DNA of 64,000 bases from Octopus vulgaris (Eukaryota), in assembly GCA_951406725.2 (NCBI GenBank), contig OX597834.1:7316001-7380000 (forward strand). The letters are read 5' to 3'. Below are positions 1-14,047 of this stretch, piece after piece. Position 1 is the first letter of the stretch. Every line of letters starts with the position of its first letter. The notes under the pieces are model-generated. The model searched no databases, had not been told where the DNA came from, and saw only the letters and a program-made list of their open reading frames with translations. The translations under genes and the position numbers were made by a program.

Positions 1-749
1 GTTCGTTATTGAAGAAACTAATATGTCGACCAATGGAATTGCAGTTGATTAGATGAGAGACAATTAGCAGCTCGTTTAAAATAAAATATGGTGGATTGTT
101 ATTGAGGGCCTGGTGTGATAGATTAAATAAGTAATTGAAACAACAGCTCCTTTCATATGGTTTTGCAGGGTGTTGTTGGGTAATACAGTTTAGCGGATAA
201 TCTCATGGAATATCAGCTTATTTGGTGTAGGGTATTGAGTGGGTGGCCAGAGCTTTGCAACATGAGACTTTTCCATTCCTCATAACTTAACTCGTTGACA
301 TGCTACATTATTTTGGATTGAAATCATAGAATTTAAACAGAAGGTCTCATTCTGTAAATCCAAATATATTACATGGTATTGCAACGAGAAACAACTGGAT
401 GGAAGAGACACAACTTGTATCAGGCTTTATATTTGTAAGATATTCGTGTTTTTACAAAACCAACAAATGCGTTATCAAGGAAAAGGATAAACAATAAAAG
501 ATTAAGATGAGAGAGAGAGTGGGGTAAAAGGGCAGAGGGGAATGGGCAGAGAAAGAGTAACAGACTGTGGTGGAGAAAGATGTAGTATGGAAGAAGAGCA
601 GGGATGTGCAATGTATAGTTCTATGACTGTTATTTTAATTTTGACAGTCAATGGATTCCAGTAAATTGGATACATTTGAAATACATATGTCAATATTTTA
701 TAAAGGTTTGGAAATTTGGATGCTTGGTTATATGCTTGTGACTCTCTTT

Positions 750-1149
750 ACTCTTTTACTCTTTTACTTGTGTCAGTCATTTGACTGCAGCCATGCTGGA
801 GCACCGCCTTTAGTCGAGCAACTCGATCCCGGGACTTATTCTTTTGTAAGCCCAGTACTTATTCTATCGGTCTCTTTTGCCGAACCGCTAAGTAACGGGG
901 ACATAAACACAACAGCATCGGTTGTCAAGCAATGCTAGGGGGACAAACACAGATGCACAAACATATATATATATATCCATATATACGACGGGCTTCTTTC
1001 AGTTTCCGTCTACCAAATCCACTTACAAGGCATTGGTCGGCCCGGGGCTATAGCAGAAGACACTTTCCCAAGGTGCCACGCAGTGGGACTGAACCTGGAA
1101 CCATGTGGTTGGTAAGCAAGCTACTTACCACACAGCCACTCCTGCGCCT
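750..1149 (-). mobile_element. tRNA-derived SINE family A (CORE-like)
   Basis: A box tggctgtgtgg, B box ggttcagtccc, ccttgggNaagtgtctt, internal microsatellite, (gagtaaaa)n tail. Confidence 0.9.
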
Positions 1150-1371
1150 ATATTGTGGAAGGAATCTGTGGAAGTGATAGACCCAGACTTGGGATGAAGT
1201 GGTGAGAAACGATCTTTGGATGCTGAGCTTCAAAGAAAATATGGTAAGTGACTGAGATATCTGGTGATCTTCTGTGCTTGAGAAGACACATCAAGCTATG
1301 TAGAATTGTGGCCTTCCACTTATGCATGCATGTCCATTTTGGCCATGCCATCCCACCTCATACACATCTTT

Positions 1372-1701
1372 GTTCTCTTTCCCTGTCCTACTGGGGTAGC
1401 CAAGTATCTCCTCCATTGTGAGATGACTATCTGTCCCTCCTCCCTGGCACATAGCCACTTCCCTCAGTTCCACTCAATTCTCTGAACTAAGAAGTCTTTG
1501 TTTTTCAATTTACTTGGCAACCCTGTTAGTATGCACCTTAGTTCTCTTCCCTGTCCTCCTGGGGTAGCCAAGTATCTCCTCCATGGTAAGATGACTATCT
1601 GTCCCTCCTCCCTGGCACACAGCCACTTCCCTCAGTTCCTCTCAATTCCCTGAACTAAGAAGAAGTCTTTGTCTTTCACTTTACTTTGGCGACCCTGTTA
1701 G
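1372..1701. repeat. Tandem duplication, ~170-bp unit
   Basis: ttctct.tccctgtcct.ctggggtagccaagtatctcctccat...accctgttag twice. Confidence 0.85.
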
Positions 1702-1980
1702 CGCTGGGGCCATGTAAAGAGCACCTGTGCCAGTACCACATAATAGGTACATGTGCTGGTGCCATGTAGAAAGCTACCAGTGCCACTCTGTGAGATAGTT
1801 GGCATAAGAAGGGCATCTAGCTGTAGAAACCTACTCAAAACCGATGACTACTGGAGCCTAGGGCAGCTCTCCGGCTCACCAGCTCCAGTCAAACCATCCA
1901 ACCCATGCCAACATGGAACGCAGACGTTAAATGATGATGACGATGATGATGATGATGATTATGATTTATGTGTCTAATGT

Positions 1981-2834
1981 TTAACCCTTTCGTTACCAAC
2001 CTGGCTGAAACCGCCTCTGGCTCTGAGTACAAAAGTCTTGTTTTCATAAGTTTTGAATTAAAATCTTCCACCAAACCTTACTCACAGTTTATGTTCCTAA
2101 CACTAGCTTAATGATAACTAAGCTATTTCAGTAAATTATTTGTTATATTTAGAATTAATTGAAAGAAACACAGAGCATCTCAACAGAAATATGGTAACAA
2201 AAGGATTAAAATATATAATAGAGAAACCATTCTTAATGCTTTTAATACCAACCTGCTTGAAGCTAACTCTGGCTCTAAGTACAAATGTCTTGTTTCCAAA
2301 CATTCTGAATTAAAATCTTCTACCAAACCTTAGTCACAATTTATGTTCCTAACACTAGCTGAATTATAACCAAGTTATTTCACAAAATTTTTGTTATATT
2401 TAAACTTAATTGAAAGAAACACAGAGCATCTCAAGAGAAATATGGTAACGAAAGGGTTAAGTCATGGCTAAAATTGAAACAGACCAAATTAGGTCTGAAG
2501 AAGTAATCAAATTCTTAGAACTCCATATACAGAATTATGTAAAACCTTTAGTATTAATATAACTCAACTAACAAATAAGATCAGTTGATTATCTTAAGGT
2601 ATATCTCATCCTCTTAATCCTTTCGATACCAACCCGGCTAAAACCACCTCTGGCTCTGTAGTACAAATGTCTTGCTTTCATAAGTTCTGAATTAAAATCT
2701 TCCTTAGTCACAATTTATGTTCCTTACATTAGCTTAATGATAACTAAGTTATTTTATAAAATCCTTTGTTATATTTAAAGTAATTGAGAGAAACACAGAG
2801 CATCTCAAGAGAAATACGGTAACAAAAGGGTTAA
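1981..2834. mobile_element. Three piggyBac-like MITE copies (1981-2209, 2233-2460, 2614-2834)
   Basis: TTAA CCCTTTCGTTACC ... GGTAACGAAAGGG TTAA termini (consensus of copies) and a shared ~225-bp body. Confidence 0.8.
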
Positions 2835-2918
2835 TGTGATGCAGGAAACTAAAGGATGACCAGTCCATTCTTCAATAAGAATAGATTTTCTTATGTTAAT
2901 AAATGCAAGCTAAGCATA

Positions 2919-3350
2919 GGCGCAGGAGTGGCTGTGTGGTAAGTAGCTTGCTTACAAACCACATGGTTCTGGGTTCAGTCCCATTGCGTGGCACCTTGTG
3001 CAAGTGTCTTCTACTATAGCCTCGGGCCAAACAAAGCCTTGTGAGTGGATTTGGTAGACGGAAACTGAAAGAAGCCCGTCATATATATGTATATATATGT
3101 ATGAATGTGTGTATATATGTTTGTGTGTCTGTGTTTGTCCCCACTAACATTGCTTGACAACTGATGCTTGTGCGTTTACATACCTGTAACTTAGCGGTTC
3201 AGCAAAAGAGACAGATAGAATAAGTACTAGGCTTACAAAGAATAAGTCCCGGGGTCGATTTGCACGACAAAAGGCGGTGCTCCAGCATGGCTGCAGTCAA
3301 ATGACTGAAACAAGTAAAAGAGTAAAAGAGTAAAAGAGAGAGAGTAAGAG
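2919..3350 (+). mobile_element. SINE family A, full length
   Basis: ggcgcaggagtggctgtgtggtaag...gactgaaacaagtaaaagagt. Confidence 0.9.
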
Positions 3351-3636
3351 TATACCTCAAGCTATACATACATAGCTAGGGTAACATAGAACTCCTTGTT
3401 CGTATGTGTATGGTCAAGAGGGCCAGACCAGAGTGGTTTGGTAGTTTTTAACTGGTGTCATCCTTGTATAAATCTATACACAAGCAGCGCAAAAGTGTTC
3501 AATACTTGCATTGGAGATGTTGTATTCGATAGCAGCTGATAATTCACTTTCTTGCCTGAATGAATTCAGAGAAGAGAATAACAAGGAGACAAGGTGTAGC
3601 ATCAGATTGAAGCATCAGCTTTTGTCCTGTGTGTGA

Positions 3637-3670
<34 letters not shown>

Positions 3671-3861
3671 CTGTGTGTCTGTGTGTGTTTGTGTGTGCAT
3701 ATACAGCTGTATATGCCTACATATCTATATCCAAAAGTCTCTCTCTCTCTCTCTCTCTATTATATATTTATATCTATATCTATCAATCTATCTATATACA
3801 TACATACGCACACACACATATAATATATATTATATATATATACACACACACATATATATAC

Positions 3862-3916
<55 letters not shown>

Positions 3917-4430
3917 CATATATATACATATATACATATATATATATGTATGCATATATATACATATATATACATATATATATATACACATACATATATA
4001 TATATATATACATGCATATATATATATGTGTGTGTGTGTATACTTACATGTTTTTGTGTATGTATATATATATGTGCATCAGTGAATATATACATATATA
4101 TTTATATTTATATAGGTATAATACACACACATATACACACATATACACACACATATACACACATGAACACACACGCATATTCTCACGTACTCATATAGGT
4201 AAACGCCTGCATAGACACATACACATATAAATGCATATAAGTAAGCATAAATTTATATGTAGTTGTACATGTGAGTATGCACACAGACACACACATATGC
4301 ACACAGACACACAGACACACACACACACACACACACATTTAAATCTAAGATTTCTATATGTTTTATGATTTTATATATACACAGTATAAGCGCATACACA
4401 TTTTATAAATATGAAAGAATAGCAATATGC

Positions 4431-4472
<42 letters not shown>

Positions 4473-4720
4473 ACATATAGTCATATACATACATACATAC
4501 ATATATTCATATATATATACTATATATATAAATATAAATGTGCATATGTATATATATATATATATATATATGAATATAAATGTATGTAGGGACATTTATA
4601 TATATATATACAAACGTACACCTCTCCACTTATGTATATATATTATATATATATACATATATATATATATGGTTACGTATATGATTATGTATGTATATGT
4701 GTATATATATATATATATAT

Positions 4721-4788
<68 letters not shown>

Positions 4789-5504
4789 ATTACGTAAATG
4801 CTTATGTATATATATATATATAGATAGGTAGATAGAGAGATATCTCCAGTGTACCCAAGACACTTCATATATTCTTTTGAAGTATCAAACCAAAACTCAA
4901 CATAAAAGACAGATAATACCAGCGAACGACTGAAGTATTATTGGTAACTCAAAGAGATAAGCATACAAGAGAAGAATGAAAGAATGGTTGCAGAGAAGAA
5001 GACTGACTCACAACACGATACTTTAATTTGTAAAATTATTACAATATGTCCGTAAAATTTATTGTTTATACATATCTATATTCTATGATGTATTCGAGAC
5101 TCTTCTATTCTCTTCTGTTTTATAAACGTAGACAATACCATCATAGGTTGAATTTAATTAATTTCAAATTTCTTATTAGGCCTGCTCTGAAAGAAATTTT
5201 ACAGCTTCATAGCAATTGAGGTTTTTGTTGTGAAGTATATATGATTCTGTTATGTGTATGTATATATACAGATCCAGTGTTGGTTTGAAATTTGAAAAAG
5301 TTTTTTTTTTTCTATTATAAATTTATGTCTTAGACTGTTAAAAGCATTTCTTTCTGTCTTCTGGCATCGTCGGAGATTTTAGTATTGGAAGATGAAAAGA
5401 ATTTTAGCTTGCATCCATGGATATATTGTTATCCTTCTATCATCTCATTTCCTTCAGTTTGTTTTATGTTGACCCATGCTGACTTCGTGTGTGCAGTTTA
5501 TATA

Positions 5505-5569
<65 letters not shown>

Positions 5570-6077
5570 TGACATACATACTTACACAGACATAAATATA
5601 TATGCATATACATACATACATATATACATATTTATATACACACAGATATATATTAAACATATATATACATATTTGTATATACATATGTGTGTGTGTGTAT
5701 GCATATATGTATATGTACATATATGTGTGTGTGTTTATATTTATGTACATATATATGTGTACAATTATATATACATACCTGTGTGCACATATATATATAT
5801 TTATTTATTTATATATATATATATACACATAAATATACATATTTGTATATATATATAAACACGTGTGTGCGTGTATGTATATATGTATATGTATATATGT
5901 GTGTGTGTGTTTATATTTATGTACATGTATATGTGTACATATATGTATACATACATGTGTGCATATATATATATATGTATTTATTTAATTAATTATTTAT
6001 TTATATATATATACACACACATATATACATAAATATATATACATATTTGTATATACATATATATATGTGTGCATGTA

Positions 6078-6133
<56 letters not shown>

Positions 6134-6559
6134 TATTTATATATATACATACATACATGTAGGAACGCAGTTTTGATACCAAGACTGGGTTTTGTGAGTG
6201 TTTATTGAGCAAAAGTACCTGAAGTGCCATGAGGTTCCGGCAGGGGCTTATGGTGAACCCTGCTTTTTTTTTTCACTACAACTTTCTCTCACTCTTTCTT
6301 CCTGTTTCTGTTGTACCTGCATTTCAAAGGGGCCAGCCTTGTCACATTCTGTGCCATGCTGACTCTCCCCAAGAACTACGTTAAGGATACATGTGTCTGT
6401 GGAGTTCTCAGTCATGTGCACATTAATTACATGAGCAGGGCATTCCATTAATCAGATCAACTAGAACCCTCATTGTCATAACTGAGAGAGTGCCACGATT
6501 ATATATATATATATATATAACCCATGCTAGCATGGAAAACGGATGCTAAACGATGATGA

Positions 6560-6594
<35 letters not shown>

Positions 6595-6774
6595 AATGTT
6601 GACTTATTTATTCATTTAGCAAAAATGAGTACCTTAATATTATAACTCAATACATATAAGGTAAGAATACAATTATAAAAATCACAATATAAATGATTGA
6701 AATCATTAAAATCACTCCTTACAGCTGTTTCAGCATATGGATAAAAGTAATTTTTCTTTATCTTATATGTATTG

Positions 6775-6849
<75 letters not shown>

Positions 6850-6850
<1 letters not shown>

Positions 6851-7315
6851 CAAATTCGATGACTGGCATCCATACTAATGGAGTGTTAAGAGCACTATCT
6901 GAGTGTGATTGTTGCCAGAGCAGCTAACTGGCTTCCATGCTGGTGGCACGTAAAAAGCACCATTCAAGCGTGATCGTTACCAGCGTCACCTTAGTGCCAC
7001 TTGCGCTGGTGGCACGTGAAAAAACATTTGAGCGAGGTCGTTGCCGGTGCCTCTGGACTGGCCCCTGTGCAAGTGGCACGTAAAAACACAATTTGAGTGT
7101 GGCCGTTGCCAATACCACCTGATTGGCCCTTGTGCCGGTAGCATGTAAAAGCACCCACTAAACTCTCGGATTGGTTGGCGTTAGGAAGGGCGTCTCTCTG
7201 TAGAAACTCTGCTAGATCAAGATTGAAGCCTGGTGCAGCCGTCTAGTTCGCCAGTCCTCAGTCAAATAATCCAATCCATGCTAGCATGGAAAGCAGACAT
7301 TAAACGATGATGATG

Positions 7316-7316
<1 letters not shown>
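6850..7316 (+). mobile_element. SINE family D 3' part with internal tggcacgtaaaaa repeats and (GAT)n tail
   Basis: Four ~60-bp internal units; tail ccatgctagcatggaa..gac.ttaaacgatgatgat also at ~1700-1960 and 6520-6562. Confidence 0.75.
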
Positions 7317-7366
<50 letters not shown>

Positions 7367-7367
<1 letters not shown>

Positions 7368-8003
7368 CGTAAGATACATATATAGGGTAGCGAATAATTG
7401 TTATAAATATCACCACCAGTGGCCTAGCATGTCAATAGACAACATATTCATATTTTAAAATATTGTACATTTAAACACAAAAGAAAACTACCCTTTAACA
7501 GGTAATTTTTACATGCTAGAAAAAGCAGCCAACAAGGCCAAAATCACTATTTAATAGCAATTTTCGAAGGAAATGAAAAATAAAAACTCTTACCTTGTTA
7601 TTTTTATTTGCGGTTATACCAATGGTTTCAAATTTCTTTAACAAATAAGATTATCTGCTACCCTTTAATAGGTAATTTAGCAAACAATATTATCCACCAG
7701 GCGAATTCTCATCAGTAACCGGCATCAGTTACTAACTTATAATTCAGAGACAAGATAACACGTGTCCCATCATTATATGTTATAACTTTTCAAAATTCCG
7801 CGCGCAGGTGCAGTTTCAGTCTGCAGTAAATATAATGCGGAGCTGAATCTTCGAGTATGGTAAGAACACATTCACAAGTTACATCTATAGGGTAGCGAAT
7901 ATTCGTTATAAATATCACCACCAGTGGCCTAAGATGTATAAACAGTCATTAGACAACATATTCATATTTTAAAATAGTGTTTAAATGTACACTATTTTAA
8001 AAT
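7367..8003 (-). mobile_element. Non-autonomous HHR element in (TA)n with ~95-bp terminal direct repeat
   Basis: tatagggtagcgaata...atcaccaccagtggccta...agacaacatattcatattttaaaata occurs at 7381 and 7886 (offset 505); HHR between. Confidence 0.7.
7611..7721 (-). ncRNA. Type I hammerhead ribozyme with extended stem II
   Basis: Minus: cggtta CTGATGA gaatt...aattt GAAAC CATTG GTA taaccg. Perfect 6-bp stem I. Confidence 0.8.
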
Positions 8004-8109
8004 ATATATATATATATATGTGTGTGTGTGCGTGTATATATGTATATATATATATATGTATGTATCTATGTATATATATGTATGTATCTATGTATATATA
8101 TATATATAT

Positions 8110-8278
8110 AACTCTGAGTTTTGGATGCCAATGTGGAAATCCACAACACCATCTCTTCGGTTATCTGGCCATCTGAAAAACGGTATGAAAACGCTTTTTA
8201 CATAGCGTTTTTCAGATGACCATCTAGCCGAAGAGATGGTGTTGTGGATTTCCACTTCGACATCCGAAACTCAGAGTT
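8110..8278. repeat. Inverted repeat (fold-back) next to (TA)n
   Basis: aactctgagttttggatg...ccacaacaccatctcttcgg vs ccgaagagatggtgttgtgg...catccgaaactcagagtt. Confidence 0.85.
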
Positions 8279-8284
8279 TTATCT
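8221..8284 (+). ncRNA. Degenerate hammerhead (CCGAAGA core) in hairpin element, homolog of 15112-15174
   Basis: CCGAAGA gatg...catc c GAAAC TCAGA GTT ttatct. Downstream tail (attgtcacatatt...gataaatttcctctatttacataa) is shared with 15040-15110 minus. Confidence 0.5.
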
Positions 8285-8408
8285 TGGCTATTGCATAATT
8301 GTCACATATTAATTTACAGATAAATTTCCTCTATTTACATAATATTGAGGTCTCTTTCTTTCTTTTGTTATCTTACCGTTTTTACCAATATGCATATATA
8401 TATATATG

Positions 8409-8484
<76 letters not shown>

Positions 8485-8485
8485 G

Positions 8486-8522
<37 letters not shown>

Positions 8523-8523
8523 G

Positions 8524-8574
<51 letters not shown>

Positions 8575-8604
8575 TACATACATATATATATATGTATGTA
8601 TCTA

Positions 8605-8661
<57 letters not shown>

Positions 8662-9190
8662 ATACACACACACATCTATTGGTGTCATAAAAATTTTGAG
8701 ACTTCGGGGGAATGTGATATATTTCATTTCAACTGTTGAATTTAAAGTATGAAACCACTTACTCATGGGATAACATCTGAATTTTTGTATTCAAAGTAAT
8801 TTTTTTTTTACACCGAAATTACACGCAATCTTATTATAACTTTTCTCCTTCAAATTCACTCATGGAAAACGAATTATATGGAAAATGGACGTTAATCGAC
8901 AAAGACAACAAGGACGACGACGATGATGATGATGATGACGCCGCCATCGTCGATAATGATATCTATACACACACACATACACACACACATGTTGTGTGAG
9001 ATGTTCCATATTCTTCCAGTTTATTCTATTTTATTGACACAGGCATTGTTGTCATAAATATAAATAATTTAAGTTTGAATAATTCATTAAAGCAATCTCA
9101 CCGAGAAAGTGTTGCTTTTTATATGAATTCATGTAATTATTGTGACGTGCAAGTGTATCTATTATTTACTTTATATGTGTGTGAGTGTGA

Positions 9191-9230
<40 letters not shown>

Positions 9231-9981
9231 TTGCGTTTGTGCATGTGAAGATCGGGTGTTCTGAGAAGTGAGTTAAAATATATCGTGGCTAAGAAAGCCA
9301 TGTACTGAGACAGACACTGAGAGAGAGACAAACATTGAGAGAGACAGACAGAGGGAGACAAAGAGACAGAGAGACAGACAGAAGAGAGACAGACAGAGAA
9401 CCCAATAGATAAATTGGTAGACAGATAGACAGACAAACATATAGACAGATATACATATAATGAGGTGTTGAAAAGTTCTTGGCTTTGAGTTAAAAAAAAA
9501 TACTGGAGGATCAGTTAATTATGATATATCAATAAAAAAACTGTGTGGAGGCACGTGGCTTAGTGCTGAGAGTGTCAGCATCACGATCGTAAGATTGTGG
9601 GTTTCGATTCTTGGACCGGGCGACGAGTTGTGTTCTTGAGCAAAACACTTCATTTCACGTTGCTTCAGTTCACTCAGCTGACAAAAATGAGTAACACTGT
9701 GATGGACTGGTGTCCTGTCCAGCTGGGGAACTCATACGCCATAGAAACCAGGAAACCGGACCCATGAGCCTGGCTAGGCTTTAAAAAGGGCACAAAAATA
9801 AGAAAAAAAAAAACTGAACTACTTTATAAAGTTTATCTGATGAGGAGGCTGGGCAAGAATGAGATGCTCTTATATATGAAGATATGGTTAATATATTTGA
9901 TATCTATCAGTAAGTCCATCCCTTAGATCCTGAAGTATGTAGATGGCAAAATATGTTGCATCACTGAAAATATTTTTATGC

Positions 9982-10199
9982 TGGTTGGCAGAACCGTTAG
10001 CACGCCGGACAAAATGCTTCACGGTATTTCGTCCGCCGTTACGTTCTGAGTTCAAATTCCGCCGAGGTCGACTTTGCCTTTAGTCCTTTAGGGGTCGATA
10101 AATTAAGCACCAGTTACGCACTGGGGTCGATGTAATCGACTTGAACCGTTTGTTTGTCCCCTCTGTGTTTAGCCCCTTGTGGGTAGTTAAGAAATAGGT
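9982..10199 (+). mobile_element. SINE family B
   Basis: ggcagaaNcgttagcacgccgg...gagttcaaattcc (B box)...ggggtcgataaattaag. Confidence 0.88.
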
Positions 10200-10480
10200 A
10201 TATAGTGAGTGCAAAACCATGAGCTGGCGGAATTGTTAGCACACCAGGCATATAATAACATGAAATATTATAAATCTTTAAAGTTGTTCTAGAATATTCT
10301 TTTTATTTGATCAAATTGGTAACTGGAATCTTCTAAGATAAGTTCCTTCCATGGAAAAGATGAAATCATGACTCTCAGTTTAACATATCAAAAAGAAGCC
10401 GAACTACTTCATAAAGTTTACTTGATGAGGAGGCTATGCAGGAATGAGAGGCTATTATATATAAAGATACGTTGTTGATA

Positions 10481-11031
10481 CTTTGTCCGGAAAGTTCATG
10501 CCGATTTATAGTAGCTTACCTTTCAACTTGGTTGAGTCCATAAAATAGGATTTGACTACACCTCAATTTAGAGTAAAATTTAAGGTATCCTTTCATGGAA
10601 GAAGGTTTATGTTCCTATAACCTGTGTTAATTCTGTAACCCTTTAAAAGGGAAGATAAGAAAGTTCATTTTCGGCACTTGATGCTTTGGGAACCAGACAA
10701 AAATTGCTGCAGCTCGGCTGGGATGTGTTACCCTACCCTCCATATTCACCAGATATTGCTCCTTCAGATTTCCCTTTATTCAGGTCTCTGCAGAATATTC
10801 GTAATGGTAAAAATTTCAATTCCTTGGATGACGTAAAAAGATACCTTGATGAATTCTTTGCCACGAAACCACCTCAATTCTGGGAAGTGAGTATTTTCAA
10901 GTTAAAGGAAAGATGGAGACGCATTGTGCAACAAAATGGCACGTATTTGGTTGATTAAAAATGTAATGGCAAGTATTTATCGACCTTTTTCTTTCCTTTA
11001 AAAATCGGCACAAACTTTCCGGACAAACCAA
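10481..11031 (+). mobile_element. Internally deleted mariner element
   Basis: TIRs tttgtccggaaagtt..tgccgattt / aaatcggcacaaactttccggacaaa. N-terminal EDKKVHFRHLMLWE joined to C-terminal LGWDVLPYPPYSPDIAPSDF.LFRSLQN...KLKERWRRIVQQNGTY. Confidence 0.9.
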
Positions 11032-11702
11032 TATTTGACAACTATCAGTGAATCCATCCTTTAGATCCGAAAGTATGTAGATGACAAAATATATAGCATC
11101 ACTGGAAATATTTCTATGTTAATAAATAGTGAATGTAAATCATTGTAAAAATATATTCAGATAGAAAGCTGGAAGATTTTTTCCATTCAGTGGAGAAGAC
11201 ATTAGCACGGAGCACCACATTTTGGCAAAACATTTCCGAATGACAGGACAGAGACCACCATTGTTGCAACGCAATGAGATATGGAAATTAGAGAAGTCAG
11301 ATTCTGATTTTATTATACCTAGAGATTGATACAGCAATATTTTCAGAGTACCTATAATGGATATCATATTTTATGGATGACATTCTACGCAACAGTATAT
11401 ATAGTTTTACACATATACATGTACCAACAGCTACAGATACACACACGTGTGTGTGTGTGTGTGCATTCTTATTCTGTTATTCTTTTACTTGTTTCGGCTG
11501 TTTGACTGCAGCCATTCTGTAGTACCACCTCGAAGGGTGTAAGTCAAATGAATTGACCCTTCTATTTATTTTCTTATACTATTGATATCTTTTGCCAAAC
11601 TGCTAAGTTACAGGGATGTAAACAAACCATCTGTTTGTCAAATGATAGTGGCGGATAAATGCGAATACAAAAACTAGCATACTCACTTAACCCCAACATA
11701 TG

Positions 11703-11754
<52 letters not shown>

Positions 11755-11759
<5 letters not shown>

Positions 11760-11974
11760 CTTTACTACCCACAAGGGACTAAACATAGAGTGGACAAACA
11801 AGGACAGACAAAGGGATTAAGTCGATTACATCAACCCCAGTGCGTAACTGGTACTTAATTTATCGACCCCGAAAGGATGAAAGGCAAAGTCGACATCGGC
11901 GGAATTTGAACTCAGAACGAAACGGCAGACGAAATACGGCTACGCATTTCGCCCGGCGAGCTAACGTTTCTGCC

Positions 11975-11978
<4 letters not shown>
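11755..11978 (-). mobile_element. SINE family B
   Basis: Reverse homology to 16433-16668. Confidence 0.88.
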
Positions 11979-12035
<57 letters not shown>

Positions 12036-12044
12036 TCTCTCTCT

Positions 12045-12078
<34 letters not shown>

Positions 12079-12091
12079 CCACCATCACCAC

Positions 12092-12385
12092 CATGACCGA
12101 CCAGGCTATTAGATGTTGCTACACATCACTTGTCACAATGCGGTTTGCATTGTTTCAGCCTTCAAATGACGCCTACCCGCTGGCTAAGCGAGCAGGCCAA
12201 CAGAAGAAAGAGTGAGAGGAAGTTGTGGTGAAAGAGTACAGCAGGGATTGCCACCCCGCTACCGGAGCCAGGTGGAGCTTTAGGTGTTTTCACTCCATAA
12301 ACACTCGCAATTTCCGGTCTGGGTACCAAAACCGCAATCCTACAGCCGCAAGTCCGCTGCCCTAACCACTGGGTCATTGCGCTTC

Positions 12386-12387
<2 letters not shown>
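12092..12387 (-). mobile_element. SINE family C, tail type 2
   Basis: Head tgga.gcgcaatg.cccagtggttagggcagcg; tail shared with 60430-60705. Confidence 0.85.
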
Positions 12388-12476
<89 letters not shown>

Positions 12477-12559
12477 CGGGTATATATGCTGTAGGCACCT
12501 TGGGCAAGCGTGTGGTAAATAGCATGTTTACCAACCACTTGGTTCCGGGTTCAGGCCCA

Positions 12560-12601
<42 letters not shown>

Positions 12602-12612
12602 ATATATATATG

Positions 12613-12678
<66 letters not shown>

Positions 12679-13554
12679 TTGTGGGCCTATGTTTGTCCCC
12701 CCAACTTGTGTGTTTACATCACAGTAACTTAGCGGTACAGCAAAAGAGACCAATAGGATAAATACTAGGCTTACAAAGAATAAGTCCTGGGGTCGAGTTG
12801 CTCGATTAAAAGCGGTGCTCCAGCATGGCTGCAGTCAAATGACTGAAACAAGTAAAAGATTAAAGAGTAAAGAGTAAAGAGTAAAGAGAGTAAAACAAAC
12901 AACAAAGGCAGGGGATGCAATGGTGGGGATGATGGTGGCATCGATGAGGTGGAAGAGCAGGAGGAAGAGATGCGAAACTGAAGAGGAAGGCTCACAAGAG
13001 AAATATAAACTTTTAAAGAACTTACAAGAGCCAATATATTTAAATACAAATTTGAATTAATTTTCATATGTTATTTTTAATAAATTGATAAATGAAAATG
13101 TCATCTACGACAATAAAAATAGAAAAATAGATAAAGATAAGTATATAAATGATAGAATAGAAGAAGAAATAAAAGAAAACAAAAGGCAAATATATATCAA
13201 TAATAATGTAATTTGTTCCACATATGTAACGCTTTCAGTATGAACCAAAATGAAAGACAATCTATTATACACCCAACAATTATATTAGTTGTATAACAAT
13301 TAACTGACAAGCTATGGAACAAAATTGAAGACACAATCTATTATCGATGCAATGTTTGCATTATTTATATTATTTGCAAGACAATGGACTAACAAACACT
13401 ATTTTAAATTAACTTCTGTATATAAAGGTGTGCATGCGTGTGTATGTGTGTATGTGTGTATGTGCGTATCTATATGTTTGTACATTCTCTCTCGGCCTCT
13501 CTATCTCTCTTTCTCTGTCTCTCTCTCTCACACACGCACACACACACTTTGTGT

Positions 13555-13940
13555 CTTTTACTTGTTTCAGTCATTAGACTGCGACCATGCTGGGGCACTG
13601 CCTTGAAAAATTTTCAGTTGAATGAATTGATCCCAGGACATTTTTTTTTATGTTCTACATGTTCTGTTGAACTCTGTTGTTGAACGACTAAGTTATGGGG
13701 ACGCAAACACACCAACACCACTTGTCAAGTGATGGTGGGGGGTAAACACAGATACAAAGACATACATACACACATATATATGAAGAGCTTCTTTCAGTTT
13801 CCATCTACTAAATTCACTCACATGGATTTGCTCAGCCCGAGGCTATAGTACAAGACACTTGCCCAAGGTGTCACACAGTAGGATTGAACACACATTCATG
13901 GGACTGGGAAAGAACTTCTTACCACACAGCCCAGCCTGTG
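13555..13940 (-). mobile_element. SINE family A, diverged
   Basis: Homology to 2919-3350. Confidence 0.8.
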
Positions 13941-13968
13941 CATATACATACATGCATACATACATACA

Positions 13969-14041
<73 letters not shown>

Positions 14042-14047
<6 letters not shown>

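Noticed and set aside
1-500. Non-repetitive-looking segment tested for coding potential
   Set aside because: Stops in the frames examined and no recognisable domain.
932-1177. Recurrent peptide RRASFSFRLPNPLTRLWSARGYSRRHLPK in many ORFs
   Set aside because: Antisense reading of SINE family A, not a multigene family.
3629-6230. Many ORFs rich in YI/HT/CV (also at 8-9, 12-18, 33-34, 40-45 and 63 kb)
   Set aside because: Translations of (TA)n, (CA)n, (CATA)n and (CTAT)n microsatellites, which lack stop codons.
6940-7160. Regularly spaced tggcacgtaaaaa repeats resembling a CRISPR array
   Set aside because: Spacers are related to one another, the context is a eukaryotic SINE body, and there are no cas genes.
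9838-9900. ctgatgagg as a hammerhead core
   Set aside because: No paired stem II / GAAA / GTH found, and the duplicate copy reads ttgatgagg with no structure either.
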